From assembly GCA_002269645.1 (NCBI GenBank), contig NIVC01000735.1, forward strand, positions 1-64,000: a stretch of DNA of 64,000 nt, written 5' to 3'. The position numbers and the translations under genes are program-made. Below the pieces are notes generated by a model. The model saw only the letters and a program-made list of their open reading frames with translations. It had not been told where the DNA came from and did not search any database. How positions within the stretch are numbered: position 1 is the first letter of the stretch; each line of letters opens with the position of its first letter. The DNA is from Macrostomum lignano (lineage: Eukaryota). Below, in pieces: positions 13,039-22,410 of the stretch.

Positions 13039-14042
13039 GCCTGCCTATTTTAGCTGGGCAGCATTGCGGGGATATAGATGAAGGATGAAGCTCTGCGGTG
13101 GAGTCTGGGGCTGGGCCAGATGCGGCCCGGGCAGCCGGGCTGAGTGGCGGGCGGAAGGCGTGAGCTGGTGGGGATGCGGTGGCAAATTTGTGCTCAGTGC
13201 TGATAATCCAATGTGAGCAATGCCAGGGAAGCTGGGAGATGAAGCCCTCCCTTCCAGTGTTTCGCACAATCAATGGCCGCGGGGTGAGCAGCGCAGAGAG
13301 AAACACTGGGGGGAGGCAGCGAAAGACTCGAAAATGCCCCCCTCTCTCTGAAAAAGTACAAAGTAGCCGGCCGGCGGGAGTAGGGAGGTGGGGGAGGGCA
13401 AGGCCGCCGAGAACCGGGGCCGGTTAAACGCCCGGGCCAAGTGGCCTCCCCGCCGCTGCCTGCCTCTCTCGGCCCTCCCTTCCTCTGGCGCAATTCCCAT
13501 GGGAAGCGGAGCAGCGGGGCCTCCCAGAGTGGCAGAAGTATATTATTTTTATTCAGGCGCTCCCCCAGCCTGCTCGAGGCCTCTGAGAGTCCATCAGGCT
13601 GAGCTGCTGCGGTTCTAGGAACTCTCCTAACCCCCCGGTGATCCCCACCTGGCCCCGCACTTCCCAACCCATTCCAAACCCCAATATTAATCTACAGCGC
13701 AATTCGGCTGAACTCAGCGGCGAGCTTATCTGTCTCGAAAATGAAAAAAAAGGGCAATTAGTCCCAGCGCGAGGGCCAGCAGAAGCAGATTAGTCTGAGA
13801 TTGCTGCAGCCTCCGCGTCTCTAAAAGCATTATTTTTAACAATAGACTGTCTCGCCATCAAAAAACTAATTAATTCTGAAGCAGACACAGGCAATGCTAA
13901 AAAGTGCAACGTGGGGACGCCCACGCAGCTCACCGATGCAGGCCGGCATGCCCTCCTCGCCTGGGTGGCCGTCCCGACCGTCTTCGCCCTTCAGCCCGTC
14001 GACTCCGTTCAGGCCGCAGGATGAGATCACAATGAGCTGGGG
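965..14042 (-). CDS. Spliced gene (3' part): Gly-rich collagen-like/GGX region followed by a large uncharacterised globular region; has apparent 1-nt frameshifts; 3' end uncertain
   Basis: Phase-compatible GT-AG exons: 13934-14042 (PQLIVISSCGLNGVDGLKGEDGRDG), 11900-12252 (GGX repeats), 5974-6617, 4514-4681, 3896-4000, 3105-3422, 1579-2351 (LDVDFWDTERYEGF) and 965-1188. A terminal exon may lie at 361-405. Frameshifts are inferred near 6301, 1975/1890, 1685 and 1050. Confidence 0.75.
1282..1510 (-). mobile_element. CORE-like SINE fragment, copy 1
   Basis: The reverse complement reads gtgtccttgagcaggatacttaac...ctgtaaaatggg (MIR/CORE-like) and ends in an (ATT)n tail. It matches 46243-46469. Confidence 0.65.
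2489..3078. repeat. 42-bp intronic minisatellite, ~14 copies
   Basis: (gtagacacaggtgcagacaccacatcctcaatcccaacacct)n. Confidence 0.95.
3537..3864. repeat. 22-bp intronic minisatellite
   Basis: (gatagaatgagctcacacacgg)n. Confidence 0.95.
4228..4487. repeat. 22-bp intronic minisatellite
   Basis: (agggaatgcaggggagaggtgt)n. Confidence 0.95.
4724..5312. repeat. 31-bp intronic minisatellite
   Basis: (ggtttaggtcaggccaggctgggtgtcagaa)n. Confidence 0.95.
6870..7816. repeat. 44-bp intronic minisatellite, ~21 copies
   Basis: (cctacaggtgtctcaagaatgaatgaagctccacatRctcgatg)n; near-identical units, no spacers. Confidence 0.95.
8662..10341 (-). CDS. 559-aa Q/H/S/G-rich low-complexity ORF nested on the same strand in an intron of the Gly-rich gene
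   Basis: Uninterrupted ATG-to-TGA ORF with the G/C-ending codons seen in the real exons here. It has polyQ and (HQ)n tracts. An AATAAA lies on the minus strand at 8445-8450. Confidence 0.65.
   Translation of the reverse strand: MTTKLQHHLVHPHHQHDKTDSNIASFGGTVTTTLSAAEGSGLRSVEKNAVLTEQLGGNQQHLLLHSVGSDAASGTSTGGTGDSGSVDDDALSAASGVSSGVSTDSAEMLERRLLLQRQQLLLQQQQQLQQQLQQQHQHQQQSERFASLLTVERGPATWTSHAQVTFRYRSDRLYYLDSASRLHGPMDQREQCQVASVRRYVSRSSSSQPPVATRSHHRTMHTVQTAAAGPPASGAAAATSSGFVSSATGGLDDGILLLERRLTSQSQHQHQHQHQHQHHQLPYSRVQVNRYDDWNSGPAPMPRSYSQQLDYGAGFRRQRSHRDQPVHQQHHSYHRQHQQFRGRQHSNPGFDARLEHLERSLNDAMESIRRQTSVQQQQQTRQSHHHQHHQHHGGRPQNQQHLYIASEHQDSAELNRRFSSEPPFEFRYSQRTMTHEPPQVTEEVETTTLQPIGRGIHDLGSGSRVIATQVQQQQQQYSLTEQRGTVGRVSRLAVRPPEAGARSLSANRNATLRASTPVSPKPLTVGGSGGGGGGGFSRGRHLSANTQQQRSSRRSTDLA
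12995..13036. repeat. (CT)n microsatellite
   Basis: About 20 CT units. Confidence 0.9.
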
Positions 14043-14120
14043 CTGAAAAAGGGGGAAATGATCGATTTAATACTCGTATGTGGCGATGCTTTCAAAGCTT
14101 TTTCCACTGTTGGTCTCACA

Positions 14121-14362
14121 CAGCTAGGTGGCGGTCTTTTGGTCGGACACAGCTAGGTGGCAGTCTTTTGGTCGGACACAGCTAGGTGGTCTTTTGGTCG
14201 GACACAGCTAGGTGGTCTTTTGGTCGGACACAGCTAGGTGGTCTTTTGGTCGGACACATCTAGGTGGTCTTTTGTCGGACACAGCTAGGTGGCGGTCTTT
14301 TGGCCGGACACAACTAAGTGGCTGTCTTTTGGTCGGACACAGCCGTCTTTTGGCCGGTCTCA
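14121..14362. repeat. Degenerate ~26-29-bp minisatellite
   Basis: (cttttggtcggacacagctaggtggt)n. Confidence 0.85.
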
Positions 14363-15111
14363 GCTACGGTCTTTGGTTGGGACAGGAGATACGAGTAAAA
14401 CAGAGAGATCGGACATGCGGCCGCGCAGAGGAGCGGACAGAGGTGAGCTGAGGTCAACGGTGGGAAAACCGACACAGGAAATGAAGCAACTTGAAGTGCC
14501 AGAGCTCAAGAGGTTCCCATGGGAATTAATAAAATAAAAATCCCAGTTAAGCCGTCTTATCCCGCTAATGTCCCAGGTAAACTGCTCTGATTATGCCTTC
14601 TCCCCTGGCGCAATCCAGGAAGCGGATTAGGGACAGCGCAGCCTGGCAGTGGTCTGATCCCCAGCCCTGCCCCGGTCCAAAAGTGCAGGCGAACGCAGGG
14701 CTGCAGGCGCGGCCGCACAATGCTGCTAAAAATAGCCACCGACCGAACCAGGCTGGCAGACCGCAGTCGCGGAATTTCGCTGACTTTTTTGGCTCGCTTC
14801 CAACCGGGGATCGGGGAGGCATTGTTTGTTAACGAGGCTGGGCTCTCACTGCGCCGCTACAACTAAGGCCCAGACTCCCCATCACATTCAAAGCTTCATC
14901 GAGAAGAGCTTCTGTCTAAAATGGGATACTTTAAAAAAATTCCCCTGCTCTTTTCCCATGCCAATAAATCAATGGCTGAATACATCAGCCTCTGCTCTCT
15001 CTGCATCGCAGATTCCCGGAGTTCAGCCTCATCATGAATTGAGATGCGCCAGCAAAAAATCTCCGATTTCAAAAGTACAAAAAACCACTCAACAATTCAC
15101 CCAAATTCACG

Positions 15112-15450
15112 ACACTGCTCACCTAAATTCAGTGACACTGCTCACCTAAATTCAGTGACACTGCTCACCTAAATTCAGTGACACTGCTCACCTAAATTCA
15201 GTGACACTGCTCACCCAAATTCAGTGACACTGCTCACCTAAATTCAGTGACACTGCTCACCCAAATTCAGTGACACTGCTCACCCAAATTCAGTGACACT
15301 GCTCACCCAAATTCAGTGACACTGCTCACCCAAATTCAGTGACACTGCTCACCCAAATTCAGTGACACTGCTCACCCAAATTCAGTGACACTGCTCACCC
15401 AAATTCAGTGACACTGCTCACCCAAATTCAGTGACACTGCTCACCCAAAT
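15112..15450. repeat. 23-bp minisatellite
   Basis: (cacccaaattcagtgacactgct)n. Confidence 0.95.
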
Positions 15451-16344
15451 CCAGGTTTACAAAAAGTTAAAATTTTCCTCCCCAACGAATCACAGCTTGA
15501 AAACAGAGCAGTGAGAGAGGCGGCTTGGGCAGCAAGATGAAGAACGCGCGAGCCTGTATCAGGCAACTGTGCCAGTCCCCGTGTATCCGCCCCTCCCCCT
15601 ACCCTACTCACGCTGAGCAGCAGTCGCCCCAGATTCGACCCAGTTGGCGAGACAGCGGGGGGGGGGGGCAGGGGAGGCCGGGGCGGACAGATCTGCCCAG
15701 CCCAGACCGCCCCGGCCTCTTTCACGCTTGGCAGGCAGGCAGCCCGGTGCTTTTCCCACGGCAGCGCGAGTTCAGGGCTGCCCTCCCCTTAACTAAGCTG
15801 CTTTTATCCCTGGGATTCGCTGCTGTCCGGCTATTTTAGCCTCAGCTTACTCCATTTCCCCATTCTCTCTGCCTCTATCAGCTGCTCAGCAGCTGAGCTT
15901 ATCTGGCAAGCCGGTGAATGCAGCGCCATCATCCTCACTCACTGCAACGGACTTCTTCAGCGGATCTCTGCTAAAAGTGCTTAAAAACGAAGAGAAAAGA
16001 AGAGCAGAGGCAGGCTATGAAAGACTGGCAGATCTTTGAGAAGATGGAGCCCTCAGTGCTATTTGCAGCGATGGGCGGGTATTAACAGTCCCCTGAAGGA
16101 CTGATTTTTTATTAGAGGCAATATTCACAACCGGCAAGAGGCATTACTGCCCATTCCGCTGACTCCCCTGAGCAGCCACACAGGAGTGTACAGCGGCCCT
16201 AACTTTGTTTATCCTTAAGTATTTAGTAGGTACACTTCACTGTGCCTTGGCTCTCAAGGGCGCTACAATACTAGGCTACGGCCCCTTAGAATGAAAGGGT
16301 AGGTAGCCGCTGAAAATCAGTGGGAGGCCTCCCCAAAGCCTCAC

Positions 16345-19300
16345 CTTAGAGCGAGCGGCCTCAGCCATTTTCTCGGCCTCCAGCACGCTGAGATTCTCCG
16401 GGGACAGCAGAATGTCGGCCGTGGAGCTCTGCCGGCCCTCCGGCTCGCGGTAGATGACGTACTTGGTGGGCTGCTGGCACGGCTGCTGCAGCTGGTCGTT
16501 GGCGGTGGCCCGGTCGGCACCGCGGGGGTCCTCGTAAAACACGGCCTTGTTGGCGTGGTCCACGAACACCGCCCGGTCCAGGTTGAAGTCCCACAGGTGC
16601 TGCACGTGCTCAGGCAGGCCGAATTCCTCGCCCTCGCCAAGGTTCAGCGGCCAGCGGACCGGCGGCCCGTGCGGCGGCAAGAACGTGTCATCCTCCTGGC
16701 GGCGGCGCCTTCGGCTCTGCGAGGCGCCGTCTCCGGCAGCCAGCAGGGGTGGCGGCGTGTGTTCCTGCTGGCGGAACTGCCGGCCGGGTGGGGCGGCGAC
16801 AAGGCATAATTAGTCAGGTGCTCAGACTGAGCCTCATCACCTCCAGGTGCTCAGACTGAGCCTCATACCCCAGTTGCTAGACTGAGCCCCATCCCCCAGG
16901 TGCTCAGACTAAGCCTCATCCCCTTCAGGTGCTCAGTCCATCCCCCAAGTGCTCATCATTCAATTATCAGCCCAGCGCCCTTTCGAGCACTCACCACAGC
17001 GGGCACCTGGCAGGACTTCATCTGAGTCATGATGGACTCATAGCTTGGCGGCTGCTGGCTCTGGCCGGTAGGTTGATAGCGGGAACTCGGCCGGCCGGTG
17101 TCGGAGCCGCGGGATTCGCTGCTGTGCGCCTCGTGAGACAGCTGGGCGTCCAGCATGCTGGGGTGGCACTTGTCCCAGCGGCCCTGGAACTCCTGCCGCT
17201 GGCGTTCGCGATGCAAATGTCATTTTGCGGTTTAAACAGGTGACAGTGGAATTATTCCAATGGAGAAGCGGCCACTCCCAAAATATCCCTCAGGAAGGGC
17301 GGAGAGGCGAATTCCCCGCATTGAGGAAGCGGCCACTCCCAAAATATTCCTCAGGAAGGGCGGAGAGGCGAATTCCCCGCATTGAGGAAGCGGCCACTCC
17401 CAAAATATCCCTCAGGAAGGGCGGAGAGGCGAATTCCCCGCATTGAGGAAGCGGCCACTCCCAAAATATCCCTCAGGAAGGGCGGAAAGGCGAATTCCCC
17501 GCATTGAGGAAGCGGCCACTCCCAAAATATCCCTCAGGAAGGGCGGAGAGGCGAATTCCCCGCACTGAGGAAGCGGCCACTCCCAAAATATCCCTCAGGA
17601 AGGGCGGAGAGGCGAATTCCCCGCATTGAGGAAGCGGCCACTCCCAAAATATTCCTCAGGAAGGGCGGAGAGGCGAATTCCCCGCATTGAGGAAGCGGCC
17701 ATATCTAAAAAAATCCCCAAGTGCCGATCAAACCGCCTCGAGACGAGCAGGGAGTAGTCGGTCTTTCTGCCAACGCGAAGCCACTTGAATAAAAGCGGGA
17801 AGAAGGGCCGGTATGGGAATCCGACCCCGGCCCGATATGTGCAGCAGGCAGGCTATTGAGGAATCGCCTGCCTGCCTGCCCGGGAGTCAGGCAGAAGAGA
17901 GCAGGGCGCATTGAAGAGCCACAGAAATTCCGGCGGGCCCGGGCAGCCCCGGACCCTCCCCCCGCCGCTAACAAAGTGTCGCTCGAGGGGTCACCCGGAC
18001 ACGGCGGCAGAGCGGATCGCCACCAGCGGAGCGGCCGGTGTTTGTTTACGACCGGCCCGCGCCGGCCAGCAGCGCCTCCGCCGGCAGTCCGCAACAGCAG
18101 ATTTTTTAATTAGCCAAGCCGGCGGCTCGCGAATAAGCGAACTATAAATTATTGTTGGAAAGTGGGCGGCGCGGCCGGGCGTTGGCGAATCGCTTAAGAC
18201 GATGGGGCGAGGGGTCGGCGTTTCGGACAGACAGGGAAAACATGCCCCCCCACCGGTGACCCCCGTGAAGGACGCCCCCGTCTAGCAGCACTTGAGGCAG
18301 GTTGGCAGGCAGGGAGGCTCCGGCCGAGCCCCGCTGGAAGCGAGCCAAAGGCAACAGAAGTGTGCGGCCTGGTGCACCAGAGAGAGAACAGCAGAAGCTT
18401 TGGACAAGAAGAAATTTACTGAAACTGTTTGATTGAAGTGAGTCACCAGAGATTGAATTTAAAATAAGGGAATTACCAGAGTTGAGTAAAATTAATCAAG
18501 GGTATTGCAAGCCTCTGGTGAATTAACACCTTTAAAACTTGGGGAATTACAAGCTTCGGCTGAATTACAACTAAGGGAATCACAAGCTTCGGCTGAATTA
18601 AAACTAAGGGAATTACAAGCTTCGGCTGAAGTAAAACTAAGGGAATTACAAGCTTCGGCTGAATTAAAACTAAGGGAATTATAAGCTTCGGCTGAATTAA
18701 AACTAAGGGAATTACAAGCTTCGGCTGAATTAAAACTAAGGGAATCACAAGCTTCGGGTCAATTCAAACCAAGGGACTATCAGCAGGTGAAGGCAAGCAA
18801 AAAGAAATTCCCAGTTCGAGTCGGCGGGCATTGAGCGGGCAAGCCAAATCGGGAATGAATCTGCTGAACAGCAGTGTAAGAGCAAACCTCGTTGCCATGG
18901 GAGACAAAGTCGAGGCCGGGCCGCGGCTCGGGGCAGGTCGGGTCGTCAAACAGGCGTCTGAGCACCAGCATCCAGCGGTACATCTGGTGCACCGAGACCG
19001 CGCGGAATCGCTGCCACTTGGCACCGCCGCCGCCGATGACCCCCGGCTGTTGCGACTCGGCGCCGCTGCACTCCGAGTCGGCGATAAAGCGGACGGCGAA
19101 CACCAGCCGGTCCTTCAGGCGGCCAGCGGGGCGCTTCGAGTTGGAGCTGCGTCCGTCACCGCCGCCGCCAGTCAGCTCCGTCCACGAGCGCACCTGGTTG
19201 AGTTAAAGACCGGGTCTGAGATTTAAAACTGCCTGTGCACCACCTGTCAAGAGGGGCTGAGCAGTGGAGCGGTAGCTCGTGACATGCCCGACTCTCTCGC

Positions 19301-19990
19301 TCTGGGTTGCCTGGGTTCGATTCCGAGAGCGGTCACATTAATCTGGGGCTCCCGAACAGTCATACGATTCATACTGATGAGGGTCAACGCCTCCTCTGGC
19401 CCTTGTTTTTGTAATATACCGGTAACGCCTGGCCGCTGTGCGTGCTCAGGGGTCAGCAAGATGTGCAGAACTGCTTTTCAACTCAACTTTCGCATAAATT
19501 TATGACGGAACCCAACAGCCACCCTGCGACAAACCAACTAAGCTGCCCCAGTTAATAATAGACTAACCGAGCGCACCTGAGCTCGCTGAAACTGCTGACT
19601 GAAGACGCCGCCTCGGCTCTCCAGCACGTAGCCGGCGTCATCCTTCAGCGCCCAGAGCTCCAGGCTCTCCTTCTTCCAGACGCGGCGCACTCTGGACAGT
19701 CTGTACAGCTCCTCGCTCAGCAGGCACTGGTTCTCCGAGGCCTCCACGGCTGGCAGAGCGGCCGCCTCCAACCCGAGGACTTCGGGCTCGTCGCCGAGGC
19801 CGACGTCATCCATCAGGAGGCAGCCGTCTCCAATGACACCGCCGCTGCCACCGGCGCTATCGAGAATGTCAAAGTGGTCGACGACGCCCGCGCCGAGGCC
19901 GCTGCTGACACCGCCAACTCCGAAGGTGGTGGGCAGTAGCGGGCTGCTGGCTGAGCCGCCCGCTGCCCCCGGTGCGAGCCAGTCGGACAT
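16345..19990 (-). CDS. Spliced gene (5' part): PH-domain and atypical WW-domain protein; may splice in frame to the Gly-rich exons at 14042
   Basis: Phase-0 exons: 19577-19990 (start Met uncertain), 18888-19193 (KWQRFRAVSVHQMYRWMLVLRRL, PH C-terminal helix pattern), ~16995-17198 (PPSY) and 16345-~16776 (LPEHVQHLWDFNLDRAVFVDHANKAVFYEDPR, WW-like). The donor at 16345 and the acceptor at 14042 are both phase 0. Confidence 0.65.
17266..17700. repeat. 61-bp minisatellite, ~7 copies
   Basis: (gaagcggccactcccaaaatatccctcaggaagggcggagaggcgaattccccgcattgag)n. Confidence 0.95.
18538..18757. repeat. 33-bp minisatellite
   Basis: (caagcttcggctgaattaaaactaagggaatta)n. Confidence 0.9.
19253..19337 (+). 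mobile_element. tRNA-like SINE head or tRNA pseudogene
   Basis: GGGGCTGAGCAG start, A-box-like segment and B-box GGTTCGATTCC; similar to 56968-57045; stems pair poorly. Confidence 0.4.
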
Positions 19991-20109
19991 AGCTTGCTCA
20001 CTGCTGCTCCTGGCCTTCCTGGGTTGTCTCAATAGAGATGAAGTTCGCAGAAGAGCTAGACTTGGATTTGTTATACTACTAAAGGGAGACAGCTAGCAGG
20101 GTCTGCGCA

Positions 20110-22410
20110 GCGTTGTTGTTGGGCGCAGCACCTTTTATGCAGTCTAGACCATATGATGCATAGGGCAAAGATTATCATTTTAAAGTAATACATATTCCAT
20201 TTATATACTTTTTACATTAAGCATAACCAATAGCAGGAAATTAGTTTTAAACATATAAACTCTTGGATATGTCACTTTAAAAGTTGAAAAAATTGTAAAT
20301 TATTCTGGAATTTACTCATAATAACTTACTCATAATAGCTATAATTTTATATTGAATATAAAATCTAGTATTTTTCGTTGAATACTTAAAATAATAATAT
20401 AGCTATACAAGAAATTTAAAGTATAAAAATTTAAGGTTATACAATTGTAGGTAATTTAAAAACATGAAAATTTCACCTTTTCATGCTTACTAAATTAGCT
20501 TGCTGGTCAAAATACAAGAATACTAAAATTTTTGCCTGTAGCCTTTAATATTACTGTTGACTATGGAAGTTAATATAAAATATGATAGTCCATGACTCCT
20601 TAAATCTGTAAGAGCCCTTGATATTAGAGACTAAGACAATTCTTTATCGAAAAAAATAAAATACAGATCCAGACAAGATTTCACACCCAGGAGCGAAAAC
20701 GAACTCAAATTTACAATTATATTTAACTTCTGCTGGACACAGCTACGCTTACAAATCATGCTCAACTAATCAAAGACAACTACAGAGCAAAACCAAAGCT
20801 CTGAGTCCTGACAAGAAAAAAATTACTCCAATTTAAGTCTTGCGCTATAATTAGTGTGGCGATTTATGGCGAGCGAGCCAAGATCGATTAAAATAGTTCC
20901 AAGAAACCTATGATGTTCAAATATGGTAATAAAAATACACGAATAACAAAAGAGCTGAAAAATTTAGATAAAATGATGTTAAAGAAAAGTTTGTAACTTC
21001 AAAATAAAACTTTATTAATAACTGCTAGATAAGATATTTGTAATATTTTAACACAATTTTCAGTTGCTTTTATCACATTAATTTAAAACCACGAAGTTAC
21101 AAGAAATTGTGTGTTTACTACACATATACAATATAGTCCAGTCTAGATTTCAGAAACTTGTCTTAATTTAAGAAGTGATATTTGTTTTTACATTGGCTTC
21201 GTTGTAATGTTATAAATACATTTACAAATACAAACTTATGTTCTTTTGACTTTTAGTCGCCTAATCATCTGTTGGCTGTCTTAATTGCCATAATTTATTT
21301 TAAAAATATAGCCCTTTGAGGGTGTAATGACAATGGCTACAGATGTGACAGAAAGAAAAGATGTATCTCTTTCAACTGGTCTAAAACGCATCTTAAGAAC
21401 GAAGGAGAATCCATTGGAGTGTACGTAATTCCTTCTTTATTTTTTGTTATTTCAAGCCACTTAACTTTTAAGGTTCTTGCTATTGTATTGTATTTGTCAA
21501 TGGAGTAGGTTTAGCCCTTTAGAATTCACAAAAAATTTCCTAAAGGCATGAGGGCGGTGGGGCATTCAGGGGCATTAAAACCTAGTAAAAGGGGCCTGTA
21601 CTGTGATAATTTGTTTGCTTCTCTTTTACAATTTTTGCCTCTGCCCCCTCTGCCCCCCTTGTCTTGATGTTATTAAGATATAATTTATACAAAAATACAA
21701 TTTACAATTATATAGTTTATTGCAAAGGTAGCACCAATCACTGACATAGCTTTGGAATCTTGCTCAAAACTATTTTAATGCTTTTTCACAAATTTCAGAG
21801 CCCAATTAGTGAGGAAAAAGCATTAAAATAATTTAGAACAGGAATCTAAACCTACACCCAATTAGGTACAGTTAGCCTTGATTGTATCTAAAGTAAAAGA
21901 AGTCTCAATTCAAAATCTTGTTTGGTTGCCATTATAGGACTTTAAGTAGCCATTATGTTCTTATTAGTATTTTTTTATTATTGATAGGCCTACTTTTAGT
22001 TTATTTTAGTTTGATATATAATATGCAAGACTAAGAAAAATAATATATAAACTTCTTTATGTTTATGTTTATAAATTAGTTGCAGCTTTGATGGGATCAT
22101 AATTTTGTTACTTCAAAGGTTTCTGTTGGTGCTGATTTTAAATTTGAGCAGTATTTTTCCTAATATATTCTATTTTCAATTGATAATATTGATAATCTAT
22201 ATGTGTTCTATATAGAATAGGTTCTATAAGTTCTGTATGTATGGAACTATATATATTGTTCTATTAATAATTGCTTAGGTTGAATTTTATTTGTTTTTAT
22301 AGTTATTTTTATTTAAAATGCCATGGAATAAATAGGACATTATACAGTTTCTTTATTTAATTATTCCTAAATAGCTATCAACCATTCACTTTATCTGGTC
22401 CTATTAATTT
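20110..22410. promoter_or_regulatory. AT-rich island: divergent promoter region, EXOC8 exon 1 and intron 1
   Basis: Abrupt switch to visibly AT-rich, non-tandem sequence between the 5' ends of a minus-strand and a plus-strand gene. Confidence 0.45.

Noticed and set aside
18142-18330. Strong pyrimidine-rich acceptor as a possible extra exon of the PH-WW gene
   Set aside because: No convincing donor or protein-like frame; left out of the model.
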